Sequence record: SRR20825006_1582
Strand: one strand, 5' to 3'
DNA length: 36,182 bases
This document shows positions 1 to 10,158 of the stretch, one piece after another. Position 1 is the stretch's first letter. Every line of letters starts with the position of its first letter. The translations under genes and the position numbers were made by a program. Under the pieces are notes generated by a model. The model made no database searches. It worked only from the letters and a program-made list of their open reading frames with translations, and was not told where the DNA came from.

Positions 1-23
1 AAGCGAATTTCAAATTCACCACA

Positions 24-1292
24 CTAGCGCATCTCCTCGCCAGCCATCTTGCCGAGCATTTCGACAAGCTCTTTCTGATCTGGCCTGAACCCGTGATCGA
101 CCCACCAGACTTCCAATTTTGACAAAACCTCTCCGAGGCGCGGCCCCGGCTCCAGCCCGGCGGCAATCGCATCACTGCCTTTCACCGGAAACGCGGGTTT
201 TGCCCATTCGGTGGCACAGGTTTCAAGTTTTGTCAGACTGGCAGATGCCGCCGCAGACTTCAGATCGCCGCCGTCGGCCCTTGCCCGCGCAGCCGCCAGA
301 TCCAGCCTCAGGCGCATCAGAACACCTTCACGCCCGTTCCAGTACAACATGCGGTACAGTGCCGCTTCGGAAAGCTCCGGCGTGATTGCAGGCGTTCGGG
401 CAAAAGCCAGCAGGCGGTCCCGCTCTGCATTGGCCATTTTCAGCCGTTTTGCCATTTCGCCAACGCGATCCTGATCCGGCGGGATCATGGACGCAAGCCG
501 CAACAGCGTGTCCTGTTCCCATGAAAGAGCCTGTTCGGCGGCGATCAAGCCGGGAATGGCATCAATACCCCATTTCTCAGTTTCGGGCAGAATGATCGTC
601 AAAACACCGGTCTGACGCATCCACAAAAGTGCGCGCGAGGGATCTTCAGCAGACAGAAGTTTGCGGATTTCCGCCCACACACGCTCCGCTGAAAGTGTTT
701 TCAATCCGTCCCGCAAGCGGGTGCTGGCACGCAATCCGTCAGCATCCGGCCGCCCACGGCCATACCATGCGAAGAAACGGAAAAAACGCAGTATCCTCAG
801 ATAGTCTTCTTCGATCCGGGTCGCAGCCTCACCGATAAAACGCACTGTTTTCGTTTCGATATCCCGAAGTCCGTCAACCAGATCGATAATCTCACCGTCC
901 GGTCCGGCGTAAAGCGCATTGATGGTGAGATCACGTCGGGTCGCATCTTCGGCCCAGTCTGTTCCAAAACGCACAGTTGCATGACGGCCAAAGGTTTCCA
1001 CATCGGCACGCAATGTTGTCACCTCGAAGGGCTTTCCCTCGCAGACAACTGTCACCGTGCCATGTTCAATACCGGTTGGTACGGGCTTCAACCCCGCTGT
1101 TTCGGCCCGTGCGGTCACGGCGTCGGGTTTCAGCGTCGTCGCCAGATCAATGTCGCCGACCGGCATTCCCATCAGCGCATTGCGCACGGCACCGCCGACG
1201 ATGCGTGTTTCACCGCCGTCGCCATTCAGCAGATCCAGCACCTTCCGGAGCCGCGGTTCGTTGAACCAGTCTTCGTCTTTCAGCGTTGTCAC
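24..1292 (-). CDS. cca: CCA tRNA nucleotidyltransferase (class II, poly(A) polymerase family)
   Basis: GGAVRN..DIDLAT, EVTTLR, RRDLTINAL and EDYLRILRFFRF motifs; GTG start overlaps the TGA of the upstream Nudix gene (GTGA). Confidence 0.92.
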   Translation of the reverse strand: MTTLKDEDWFNEPRLRKVLDLLNGDGGETRIVGGAVRNALMGMPVGDIDLATTLKPDAVTARAETAGLKPVPTGIEHGTVTVVCEGKPFEVTTLRADVETFGRHATVRFGTDWAEDATRRDLTINALYAGPDGEIIDLVDGLRDIETKTVRFIGEAATRIEEDYLRILRFFRFFAWYGRGRPDADGLRASTRLRDGLKTLSAERVWAEIRKLLSAEDPSRALLWMRQTGVLTIILPETEKWGIDAIPGLIAAEQALSWEQDTLLRLASMIPPDQDRVGEMAKRLKMANAERDRLLAFARTPAITPELSEAALYRMLYWNGREGVLMRLRLDLAAARARADGGDLKSAAASASLTKLETCATEWAKPAFPVKGSDAIAAGLEPGPRLGEVLSKLEVWWVDHGFRPDQKELVEMLGKMAGEEMR

Positions 1293-1927
1293 GCATAAAG
1301 CCTTTCATAAACGGTTCTGACGATCCCGGCGGTAATGCCCCATATCCGGTAATCGCCGAAATTGATTTCATAGTAACGCCGCCTCTTGCCGGCAAGTTCG
1401 GCGCTTTTGCGCTCGTGATGCGCAGGGTCCATGATAAAGCCGAGCGGCACCTCGAAAATGTGATCGACCTCGCCCGGATTGGCCGTCAGCGCAAAGCCGG
1501 GGCGCACGACCGCCAAAACCGGCGTGATCCTGAACCCCGTTCCGGCAAGATAAACCGGCAGGCGGGCAACCGGCTCGACAAAGGCGCGATCAAGGCCGAT
1601 CTCCTCTTCTGTCTCGCGCAATGCTGTTTCTTCCGCGGAACCATCTTCTGCATCGACCGAACCGCCCGGAAACGCGATCTGTCCGGAGTGCTTCCTGAGT
1701 TTGCTGGCGCGGCGCGTGAAGATCACTCTTGCGCCTTCGGGATAATCAATCACGGGTATCAGAACGGCGGCGGCCTGCATCTCCAGATCCTCGTAATAAG
1801 CGAAAAGATCGGGATTGAGCTTGTGATCACCATGATCGCGCCAGGCATCGTCAAGCGATCGCCCGCGTTGACGAAGCGCACGCCGCCTGAAATCCGAAGC
1901 GCTCAGCGGATTAACAACGGGATTCAA
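1289..1927 (-). CDS. CoA pyrophosphatase (Nudix, NudL/PCD1-like)
   Basis: AAVLIP, TRRASKLRKHSGQIAFPGG, Nudix box ALRETEEEIGL, IWGITAG. Start re-assigned to TTG 1927, overlapping the DUF1285 stop (TTGA); the ORF-track start 2014 lies inside DUF1285. Confidence 0.88.
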   Translation of the reverse strand: MNPVVNPLSASDFRRRALRQRGRSLDDAWRDHGDHKLNPDLFAYYEDLEMQAAAVLIPVIDYPEGARVIFTRRASKLRKHSGQIAFPGGSVDAEDGSAEETALRETEEEIGLDRAFVEPVARLPVYLAGTGFRITPVLAVVRPGFALTANPGEVDHIFEVPLGFIMDPAHHERKSAELAGKRRRYYEINFGDYRIWGITAGIVRTVYERLYA

Positions 1928-2544
1928 AGCTTCTGCTCCAGTTCCGCCATCGGCATGACCGGAAATGTGGTACCGCCTGCGCGGATGACAAACATGTTCC
2001 TGCCCTCGACGCAAGCTGCTTCGCCCAGAGCCAGAAGATCATAGGTGAGTGCGCGTGAAAACAGCGCCTCAAGTCTGCCACGAACGAGTACATATGGCTT
2101 GAGTTCGGCGTTTTCTCCGACAATTTCGAACCGTAAAGGATGGTCAGCATCAATCGAAACCATGTCGCCGACATTGGTGCGAATGTGCAAGACCCGCATC
2201 CCTTCTTCTTCATTCACCGCCATGCCCACAGCCAGAAACGGCGCATCCTCGACACGGATGCGCACCTTTTCAACCGGCGTCACCAGATAGGTTTCGCCGT
2301 CGTCATCTTTTCGCAAAACAGTCGAGAAAAGCTGCACCAGCGCGGCACGGCCAATCGGCGTTCCGCAGTAGAACCATGTGCCGTCCCGACGGATTTCCAT
2401 ATCAATGTCGCCGCAAAAGTCAGGATTCCATTTTTCGACAGGCGCCGGACTGCGCCAGCCGGTTTCACCTCCACCGGACTGGCGCGCAATAGAAGCGGCC
2501 AGCCCCGAGGCATCATTCCTTGCATTTTCGCCGTTTGCTGCCAT
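1924..2544 (-). CDS. DUF1285 domain-containing protein
   Basis: [59 protein letters not shown]; start re-assigned to ATG 2544 to avoid overlap with moxR. Confidence 0.85.
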   Translation of the reverse strand: [206 protein letters not shown]

Positions 2545-2707
2545 CGTTCTGTCCAGTTTCAGGGCCGAAATAGGCCGACTCTCGAAATAGTCATTCCAAA
2601 CCGGCTTGTCAGCCGCCCACAGGTGATTATCCTTCACAAACGAAATACCAGAAATCAAACTGGTCTTTTTGCCATCAATGTTTTTCAAGTCTGCGGAGAC
2701 AATATAT

Positions 2708-3721
2708 ATGGGGCTGACCGAAGCAAAAGAAACGGGCGCCGATGCCAGCACGATTGTCCACCAGGCTGAGGCCGCGCTTGAAGACATTCAGAAAATTCGC
2801 TCTGAAGTCTCCAAAGTCATCTACGGTCAGGATGATGTTGTCGAGAATGTACTTCTGGCGATCCTTTCCGGCGGACATGCCCTGCTTGTCGGGGTTCCCG
2901 GCCTTGCCAAAACAAAACTCGTGACAACGCTCGGCACCGTTCTGGGGCTCAATGCCAACCGGATCCAGTTCACTCCCGATCTGATGCCGTCCGATATTCT
3001 CGGTTCGGAAGTCCTTGAAGAAAGCGAGACAGGCCGCCGCTCGTTCCGCTTTATCAAGGGGCCGGTCTTCGCCCAGCTTCTGATGGCTGACGAGATCAAC
3101 CGCGCCTCGCCGCGCACTCAATCGGCCCTGCTGCAGTCAATGCAGGAATATTCGGTTACGATTGCCGGTCAGCACTATGACCTGCCAAAGCCGTTCCATG
3201 TGCTGGCGACCCAGAATCCTCTGGAACAGGAAGGTACCTATCCACTACCAGAAGCGCAGCTTGACCGTTTCTTGCTGGAAGTCGATGTCGGCTATCCCGA
3301 TATTGAGGCCGAGCGGCGCATATTGCTGGAGACCACCGGCGCTGTGGAAGAAAAAGCGAACCCCGTTGTCACATCAGAACGATTGATGGAGATCCAGAGG
3401 CTGATCCGTAAAATGCCGGTCAGTGAAAACGTGGTTGACGCCATTCTGGCACTGGTGCGCGCAGCGCGTCCGGGACAGGGTTTCGAGGATACCGACCGCC
3501 ACGTTTCCTGGGGGCCAGGTCCGCGTGCCGGGCAGGCGCTGATGCTGACAGCCCGCGCGCGTGCACTTTATCAAGGTCGCCTCGCCCCCTCCATTGACGA
3601 TGTTCGTGCGCTTGCAGGCCCGGTTCTGCAACACCGCATGGCACTTAATTTTGCTGCCCGCGCAGAGGGTATCAAACTTGCAGACGTGATTGCCACCATC
3701 GCCACACGCGATCTGAACTGA
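2708..3721 (+). CDS. moxR: MoxR family AAA+ ATPase (CmdA/RL3499-like)
   Basis: Walker A GVPGLAKT, RIQFTPDLMPSDI, Walker B ADEINRA, ATQNPLEQEGTYPLPEAQLDRF; GGAG upstream of ATG 2708. Confidence 0.93.
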   Translation: MGLTEAKETGADASTIVHQAEAALEDIQKIRSEVSKVIYGQDDVVENVLLAILSGGHALLVGVPGLAKTKLVTTLGTVLGLNANRIQFTPDLMPSDILGSEVLEESETGRRSFRFIKGPVFAQLLMADEINRASPRTQSALLQSMQEYSVTIAGQHYDLPKPFHVLATQNPLEQEGTYPLPEAQLDRFLLEVDVGYPDIEAERRILLETTGAVEEKANPVVTSERLMEIQRLIRKMPVSENVVDAILALVRAARPGQGFEDTDRHVSWGPGPRAGQALMLTARARALYQGRLAPSIDDVRALAGPVLQHRMALNFAARAEGIKLADVIATIATRDLN

Positions 3722-3733
3722 CGGATTTTGCCA

Positions 3734-4648
3734 TTGGTTTCAATCGGACAAAACGTTCCCCGCACAACCGGCAATGCTGCACTTTCCCAGGCCAAACACC
3801 GCGCAGCATTGTTGCCCGATTGTCTGGTTGAGGCGCGGCGGATCGCCAACACGGTGACGGCTGGCTGGCATGGGCGCCGACGGCGCGGTCCCGGCGAAAA
3901 TTTCTGGCAGTTCCGGCCTTATGTGAGTGGAGAATCGCTTGCCAGAATCGATTGGCGGCGCTCGGCGCGTGACGATCACACCTATGTACGGGACATGGAA
4001 TGGGAAGCGGCTCATACTGTCTGGCTGTTTGCCGATCTCTCACCATCCATGCGTTTTCAGTCACGTCTTGCGCCGGTGTCAAAGGAATACCGAACGCTCG
4101 TCCTTCTGCTGGCACTTGCCGAAACGCTTTTGCGATCCGGCGAGCGTGTCGGCTATCCAGGACTGATGGAGCCGGTTTCCAGCCGCAATGGTGCCGAAAC
4201 AATGGCCCATATGCTGGCCGCAGCACCTGACAATCTGCCGCAATTGCCGGAAACGGCGATGATGCGGGGGCCTTCAGAACTTGTCATTCTCGGCGATTTT
4301 CTCGATGCGCCGGAAAAACTGTTCAGCAGGATCGCACCGCTTGCAGAACGTGGTCTTACCGCGCATCTGGTTGAAATCGCGGACCCGGCTGAAGAGAGCT
4401 TTCCCTATACCGGACGCACCGCTTTTTCCGATCCTGAAACCGGACAGGAACTGACACTCGGTCGCGCCGAATCCCTGCGTGAGCGTTATCTGGAGCACTA
4501 TCGGGCCAGGCGCCGCGCTATTGCCGAACACGCGGCAAAATCCGGCTGGTCGTTCATCACCCATCATACGGACCGACCCGTTTCAGAAGCACTCACAGCC
4601 GTTCACATGCGGCTTTCCGGCGAAAACGCTTCGGGAGAACAGCGCTGA
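3734..4648 (+). CDS. DUF58 (vWA-like) protein, MoxR partner
   Basis: G-H-RRRRGPGENFWQFRPY, RIDWRRSAR, MIDAS-like DLSPS; start TTG 3734 (3728 also possible); stop overlaps the next ATG. Confidence 0.88.
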   Translation: MVSIGQNVPRTTGNAALSQAKHRAALLPDCLVEARRIANTVTAGWHGRRRRGPGENFWQFRPYVSGESLARIDWRRSARDDHTYVRDMEWEAAHTVWLFADLSPSMRFQSRLAPVSKEYRTLVLLLALAETLLRSGERVGYPGLMEPVSSRNGAETMAHMLAAAPDNLPQLPETAMMRGPSELVILGDFLDAPEKLFSRIAPLAERGLTAHLVEIADPAEESFPYTGRTAFSDPETGQELTLGRAESLRERYLEHYRARRRAIAEHAAKSGWSFITHHTDRPVSEALTAVHMRLSGENASGEQR

Positions 4649-7449
4649 TGGGAGCCATCGCCTTTGCCAATCCGCTGGTGTTGCTGGCGCTTGTCGTACT
4701 GCCCGCAATCTGGTGGCTTTTGAAGCTCACGCCACCACGTCCCAAACGGGAGGTGTTCCCGCCACTTGCCATCCTGCTGAAGCTGACAAAGCGTGATGAA
4801 ACGGCTGCCAAAAGCCCTTGGTGGCTAACCTTGCTACGCATGGTTCTGGCCGCACTGGTTATCTTCGCTATCGCCAATCCGGTTATCAATCCTGACCGCA
4901 CGGAAATTGTTTCCGGCAAACCGCTGGGTCTTATGATCGATAATGGCTGGGCCACTGCAGAAGACTGGGCTGACCGGGCGCGGCAAGCGGAAACCCTCAT
5001 TAACGCCGCAGGGGAAGCCAATCAGCCGGTGATGATGGCCTTTACCGCCGACGCCACGCATTCCGCCGGGCCTGTTTCCGCTGCTCAGGCACGCGAACGC
5101 CTTGCTGCCAACGGCCCGAAAGCACTGAAACCGGAACGCATCGGCGCTGCCGAAGCTTTGGCAGAAGCGTTTGCAGAAAACCCGCCCGGCACTGTAGCGC
5201 TGATGAGCGATGGACTGGCTGCCGAAAATGATGAGGCCGCTTTGAGTCTGCTTGGCAGCTCCCGAGCCGATGATATTGTCGTATCAGAGGCAGAGAACGC
5301 ACCGCCTGCCGCCCTCATCCGTGTTGAAAACGATGCCGATGCCACCCGCATTTTCGCTTCGCGCGCTCAAACAGCGATCACCGACGAAATGATCGTCAAT
5401 GCCTATGACATTGAGGGCCGGACAATTGCCAGTACGCCATTAACGTTTGCCGCCGGGGAAAACAGCGCAACAGCGGAAATCCGTGCGCCCTTTGAGGTTC
5501 GCAATGATTTTGCCCGTATCGCCATTGAGAGTGCGGCAAATGCCGGGGCAGTTCATCTTCTGGATGACGGTTTTCGCCGCAGGCGGGTAGCGCTTGTCAC
5601 CGGTGCGCCGGATAATATGGCACAGCCGCTCCTCACCCCCGCCTATTATCTGGAAAAGGCACTTACCCCCTATGCTGACCTTGTCACCAGCGACGCCGGG
5701 ACATTTGCGGAAAAAATCGACGCTCTGCTGGACAAAAGCCCGTCCGTGCTGATGCTCAGCGATGTTGGAGCAATGCCGGATGAAACTCACGCAACCATCG
5801 AAACATGGGTGAAAAACGGCGGCACACTGATCCGCTTTGCCGGGCCGCGCCTTGCCGCCTCTAAGGGAGATGACAGCCTTTTGCCCGTGCGTCTTCGCTC
5901 CGGTTCCCGTGCCTTTGGCGGTGCCATGAGCTGGTCCACGCCGCAGCCTTTGGCATCGTTTCCGCCAGACAGTCCGTTCTACGGCCTGCCCGCCCCCGAA
6001 GATATTACCGTCACAAGGCAGGTTCTGGCCGAACCCTCGGGTTCCCTTTCGCAGCACACATGGGCCAGCCTTGCCGATGGCACCCCGCTGGTAACCGAAG
6101 CAAGCCTTGGCAACGGGCAACTTGTGCTGTTCCACACGTCATCGGACGCAAACTGGTCGAATCTCCCGATCTCCGGCTATTTCGTCGAAATGTTGCGACG
6201 GGTCGTCAATCTTTCACGCGCAAGCACCATAACTGACGACGAAAGCGGCAACGTAACTCTCCTGCCGCCCTATCGCCTGCTCGACGCAAACGGCGTTCTC
6301 TCCTCCGATACCAGCGGCGCGAAGCCGCTTGCTGAACGCAGGGACACAACCGACACAGCGGATTTTGAACACCCGCCCGGCCTTTACGGTTCGGCGGACG
6401 GTTTTATCGCGCTCAACCTTTTTGGCCCGGACGATCAGCTGGCACCATTTGATACGTCCGCCCTTGGCACCGGCGCACGGCTGCAACCGCTCGGCCAGAC
6501 CGCAGCGCTGGACCTCAAACCCTGGCTTCTGGCGGCAGCCATGCTGCTTATAATTGCTGACGGGATCATCATTCTGCTCATGAATGGAGCGCTTTCCCGT
6601 TTTCGTCCGCGCCGCCATATCGTACCTGCGATCCTGATTGCGGCTCTTGCAGCATTGTCTCTGTTATTTTCAACCGCTCCCCCTGCCAGGGCTCAGATGA
6701 GTGACAGTGAGATCGCCGACCTGCTTTATGAAACGCATCTGGCCTATGTAGAAACCGGCGAGGCAGACGTTGACCGGATTTCCGAGCGTGGTCTCAAGGG
6801 GCTTTCAAACTACATTGCCTACCGAACCGCACTGGAGCCGGGCGACCCAATCGGCGTTGACCCGGCGACCGATGAACTTGCCTTTTATCCGCTGGTCTAC
6901 TGGCCGGTTTCTGCGTCGGCGCCAATGCCATCGCAGGAAGCCATAGCGAAAATCGAGGCCTATATGCGCAATGGCGGAACCGTGTTGTTTGATACGCGCG
7001 ATGAGTTCTCGCCACTTGGAAGTGGCGCCGCCAACGCCAATACCCAACGCCTGCGTGCAATTCTCGGCAATATCGACGTGCCTCCGCTGGAGCCTGTTCC
7101 CGAAGGACATGTTCTGACCCGCTCGTTTTATCTGCTGTCGGATTTTCCCGGACGCTATGATGGTTCTCCACTGTGGGTGGAGGCACGAACTGGCAGCGAC
7201 GATACCCCGGCGCTGCAAATGAGCGGCGGTGACGGCGTTTCTCCGATCATCATCACCGGCAATGATTTTGCAGGCGCATGGGCAATCAACGCGGACAGCA
7301 CACCGATGCTGCCGACTGTTCCCGAGAATCCACGCCAGCGACAGCTTGCCTACCGCACCGGCGTCAACATCGTGATGTATATGCTGACCGGCAACTACAA
7401 GGCAGATCAGGTGCATATTCCCGCGCTGCTGGAAAGGCTGGGGCAATAA
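4648..7449 (+). CDS. Large membrane protein: N-terminal BatA-like double-TM region, degenerate vWA, GATase-like and C-terminal DUF4159 domains
   Basis: F-NP..LL-L..LP-IWWLL..PP-P....FP BatA-type N-terminus; C-terminal LAFYPLVYWP, YMRNGGTVLFD, GVNIVMYMLTGNYKADQVH. Confidence 0.85.
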   Translation: MGAIAFANPLVLLALVVLPAIWWLLKLTPPRPKREVFPPLAILLKLTKRDETAAKSPWWLTLLRMVLAALVIFAIANPVINPDRTEIVSGKPLGLMIDNGWATAEDWADRARQAETLINAAGEANQPVMMAFTADATHSAGPVSAAQARERLAANGPKALKPERIGAAEALAEAFAENPPGTVALMSDGLAAENDEAALSLLGSSRADDIVVSEAENAPPAALIRVENDADATRIFASRAQTAITDEMIVNAYDIEGRTIASTPLTFAAGENSATAEIRAPFEVRNDFARIAIESAANAGAVHLLDDGFRRRRVALVTGAPDNMAQPLLTPAYYLEKALTPYADLVTSDAGTFAEKIDALLDKSPSVLMLSDVGAMPDETHATIETWVKNGGTLIRFAGPRLAASKGDDSLLPVRLRSGSRAFGGAMSWSTPQPLASFPPDSPFYGLPAPEDITVTRQVLAEPSGSLSQHTWASLADGTPLVTEASLGNGQLVLFHTSSDANWSNLPISGYFVEMLRRVVNLSRASTITDDESGNVTLLPPYRLLDANGVLSSDTSGAKPLAERRDTTDTADFEHPPGLYGSADGFIALNLFGPDDQLAPFDTSALGTGARLQPLGQTAALDLKPWLLAAAMLLIIADGIIILLMNGALSRFRPRRHIVPAILIAALAALSLLFSTAPPARAQMSDSEIADLLYETHLAYVETGEADVDRISERGLKGLSNYIAYRTALEPGDPIGVDPATDELAFYPLVYWPVSASAPMPSQEAIAKIEAYMRNGGTVLFDTRDEFSPLGSGAANANTQRLRAILGNIDVPPLEPVPEGHVLTRSFYLLSDFPGRYDGSPLWVEARTGSDDTPALQMSGGDGVSPIIITGNDFAGAWAINADSTPMLPTVPENPRQRQLAYRTGVNIVMYMLTGNYKADQVHIPALLERLGQ

Positions 7450-9521
7450 TGGATATCAGCTTTGCACCACTTCTGCCGCTCTGGGTAATCTACGGCTCGC
7501 TCATTGCAGTGGCAGCTTTGATGATCATCGGCTACGCGGCGCATATGCGGGCCACAACATTGCGCGCCATTGCAGGCCTGCTGCTGGTCGCAGCAATCGC
7601 AAACCCCACGATCAGCCGGGAGGAGCGTGCGCCATTGTCTACCATTGTTCCGGTAATCGTTGATCGCAGCCAAAGCCAGTTGACCGGCGAACGCACAAGC
7701 CAGACCGATGAAGCGCTTGCAGCCCTTGAAGCACGGTTTGCCGACGAACCAATGATTGAGCCCCGCATTGTTGATGTGCAAACCGCGAATGAGAATGGAA
7801 GGGCAGAGACCAGAGGTTTTGCTGCGCTGAACGACGCAGTACGTGATGTCCCGCCAAGCCGCCTGGGCGCGGCTTTCTTCATTACCGATGGCCAGATCCA
7901 CGACATTCCCGAAAATGCGGCAGGCCTGCCCGCACCGGTTCCGCTCAATGCCATCATCACCGGCAGTGAAGACGAATTTGATCGGCGCATAGAAATCACC
8001 GAGGCACCGCGCTTCGCACTTGTCGGCGAAGGTTTGCCGGTTGCATTTACGGTTATCAATGATGGCCCGGTTCCCGGAGGCAATGCGCCCGTCACCGTAA
8101 CCGCTCGGCTGAATGGTGAAATCATTGCACAAACGCAGGTGACGCCCGGAACAACAAACACATTCCGGTTCGAGATTGAAAACGGTGGCGAAAACATCAT
8201 TGCGCTTTCCGTTGAGCCGATATCAGGCGAACTGACGGAGATGAACAACCGCGCAATCCAGATCGTTGAAGGCATCCGCGAAAACCTGCGCGTGCTTCTG
8301 GTTTCCGGTTCCCCCCACAATGGCGAGCGCACATGGCGCAATCTTCTGAAATCTGACGCCTCGGTTGATCTGGTGCATTTCACTATTTTGAGACCGCCGG
8401 AAAAGCAGGACGGAACACCGATCAACGAATTGTCGCTGATCGCGTTTCCCACACGCGAACTGTTTGTCGAGAAAATCAACGATTTCGACCTGATCATTCT
8501 GGACAGGTACCAGAATCGCGGCGTGCTGCCGCTGCTCTACTACGACAACATTGCGCAATATGTGACCAATGGCGGTGCGCTTCTGGTCGCCGCCGGTCCG
8601 GAAATTGCCGGGGCGGAATCCATTGCCAGCACACCGCTTTCCGCCGTTTTGCCAGCCCTTCCGACCGGCAATATTTCCGAAGGCGGTTTTCTCCCGCAGG
8701 TCTCTGAAACCGGCGCAAAGCACCCGGTCACCCGTGATCTGCCGGGCAGTGAACAAACCCCGCCGGATTGGGGCCGTTGGTTCCGCTCGATTGATGTTTC
8801 CGGTGTTGACGGTGAAACAGTTATGACAGCCAATAACGCACCGCTTCTGGTACTTTCGCGTAAAGGCGAAGGCCGGGTTGCCGAGTTTTTGTCCGATCAG
8901 GGCTGGCTCTGGGCGCGCGGCTTTGAGGGTGGTGGGCCATATGTTCCGCTTTACAGGCGCATTGCTCACTGGTTGATGAAGCAGCCGGCGCTTGAAGAAG
9001 AAGCCCTGCGCGCAAGCACTGCCGGTCAGACCATCGACATCATCCGCCAAACCATGGGGGGCGCTCCACCCGATGCGACGGTTCGCACACCGTCCGGTCA
9101 AACACTTTCCGTAGCGCTGCAAGAGGTCGAGCCCGGCTTGTTTCGCGGCACCGCCGAAGTCGATGAGATGGGGCTGTTCACGATTGAAAACGGCGGATTG
9201 GAACGGCTGATTAATGTCGGTGATCCGAATGCGCCAGAATTCAAGGCTATGATTTCCACGACCGAGACACTGGCACCGCTTGCAGGCCAGACCAATGGCA
9301 TGGTTGCCCGAATGAATGAAGTAACCGGGCGTGTTTTACCGCCGATCCGCGTGGCAGATGGACCGCTGCGCACCGGCAACAACGGCATGATGCCAATTGT
9401 TGCGACGACTGACAGCGAGCTTCAGAGTATCCGCTCGATACCATTGTTCAACGGGTTTCTGGCCATTTTTGTGTTGCTGGCGATAATCTCTTCAGCCTGG
9501 TGGCGCGAAGGTCGCTCCTGA
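7449..9521 (+). CDS. Conserved membrane protein with vWA-like and class I glutamine amidotransferase-like domains
   Basis: N- and C-terminal TM helices, DRSQS and ITDG, RVLLVSG-PH-GERTWRNLLKSD; ATG 7449 overlaps the upstream TAA (TAATG). Confidence 0.85.
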   Translation: MDISFAPLLPLWVIYGSLIAVAALMIIGYAAHMRATTLRAIAGLLLVAAIANPTISREERAPLSTIVPVIVDRSQSQLTGERTSQTDEALAALEARFADEPMIEPRIVDVQTANENGRAETRGFAALNDAVRDVPPSRLGAAFFITDGQIHDIPENAAGLPAPVPLNAIITGSEDEFDRRIEITEAPRFALVGEGLPVAFTVINDGPVPGGNAPVTVTARLNGEIIAQTQVTPGTTNTFRFEIENGGENIIALSVEPISGELTEMNNRAIQIVEGIRENLRVLLVSGSPHNGERTWRNLLKSDASVDLVHFTILRPPEKQDGTPINELSLIAFPTRELFVEKINDFDLIILDRYQNRGVLPLLYYDNIAQYVTNGGALLVAAGPEIAGAESIASTPLSAVLPALPTGNISEGGFLPQVSETGAKHPVTRDLPGSEQTPPDWGRWFRSIDVSGVDGETVMTANNAPLLVLSRKGEGRVAEFLSDQGWLWARGFEGGGPYVPLYRRIAHWLMKQPALEEEALRASTAGQTIDIIRQTMGGAPPDATVRTPSGQTLSVALQEVEPGLFRGTAEVDEMGLFTIENGGLERLINVGDPNAPEFKAMISTTETLAPLAGQTNGMVARMNEVTGRVLPPIRVADGPLRTGNNGMMPIVATTDSELQSIRSIPLFNGFLAIFVLLAIISSAWWREGRS

Positions 9522-9532
9522 ACACAGTGCCT

Positions 9533-10030
9533 TCAACCACGCCAGCGCATCATACCAACCATCTTCGCTTCAACACCTTCGATCAGCGGGTGGGCGAGAA
9601 TACGCCGCGGGTCCACCGGCCCCGGCAGCTTGAGTGTAGGCGGCACAATAGGTTTAAATCCAAGCGGGCCATAATAGGGCGCATCGCCAATCAGAATTAC
9701 GGTTTCAGAGCCAGCCTTGCCGGCAGCCTCAACGGCAATGCGTACGAGATTACGGCCTATACCCCGGCTTTTATGGGTTGGCCGAACAGCCAGTGGCCCG
9801 AGCATATGCCCTGCAGCCTTGCCCGCCCAAACGGGTGTCATCCGCACAGAGGCAATCACCTGCTCGCCATCCATACAGACGAAGGACAGGCTCATGTCAT
9901 GCGGCCCCTGCTCCCGGATACGGCTGGCTGTGCGCACGAAACGGCCCGGACCGAATGCCTCGGCATTGATGTCTTCTATGATCGTGTCGTGAGAGGCTGC
10001 TTCCGTAAGGTAGCACAATTCGGTTGTCAT
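9533..10030 (-). CDS. GNAT N-acetyltransferase (YhbS/COG3153-like)
   Basis: AFGPGRF, LGPLAVRP..KSRGIGR acetyl-CoA motif, LIGDAPYYGPLGF; start ATG 10030. Confidence 0.88.
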   Translation of the reverse strand: MTTELCYLTEAASHDTIIEDINAEAFGPGRFVRTASRIREQGPHDMSLSFVCMDGEQVIASVRMTPVWAGKAAGHMLGPLAVRPTHKSRGIGRNLVRIAVEAAGKAGSETVILIGDAPYYGPLGFKPIVPPTLKLPGPVDPRRILAHPLIEGVEAKMVGMMRWRG

Positions 10031-10105
10031 GTTTTCAGAACCTGTAAGCGAGGACGCAAAGAGCTTGCCCGGACACCACAGCCTGCCCGGCTTCATATCT
10101 CAAAC

Positions 10106-10129
10106 TCAGCGTCGTCGGAGGGTCCGCAT
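10106..10129 (-). CDS. Putative Arg-rich leader peptide MRTLRRR upstream of the GNAT
   Basis: ATG CGG ACC CTC CGA CGA CGC TGA between a sigma70-like promoter and the GNAT start; only a weak GGA SD; in-frame TTG at 10147. Confidence 0.4.
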   Translation of the reverse strand: MRTLRRR

Positions 10130-10158
10130 AACAAATCCAAATTTCAAAGTGGAAATGG

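Noticed and set aside
1286-2044. Long antisense or alternate-frame ORFs (e.g. 1286-2044+, 7532-8497-, 8223-9122-, 16485-17357+, 27319-28401-, 31100-31948+, 33123-33947-)
   Set aside because: They shadow well-supported genes, show no recognisable motifs, and are expected in GC-rich DNA
7278-7448. N-terminal extension of the 747-aa ORF
   Set aside because: It overlaps the conserved C-terminus of the upstream gene; the coupled ATG at 7449 is more plausible
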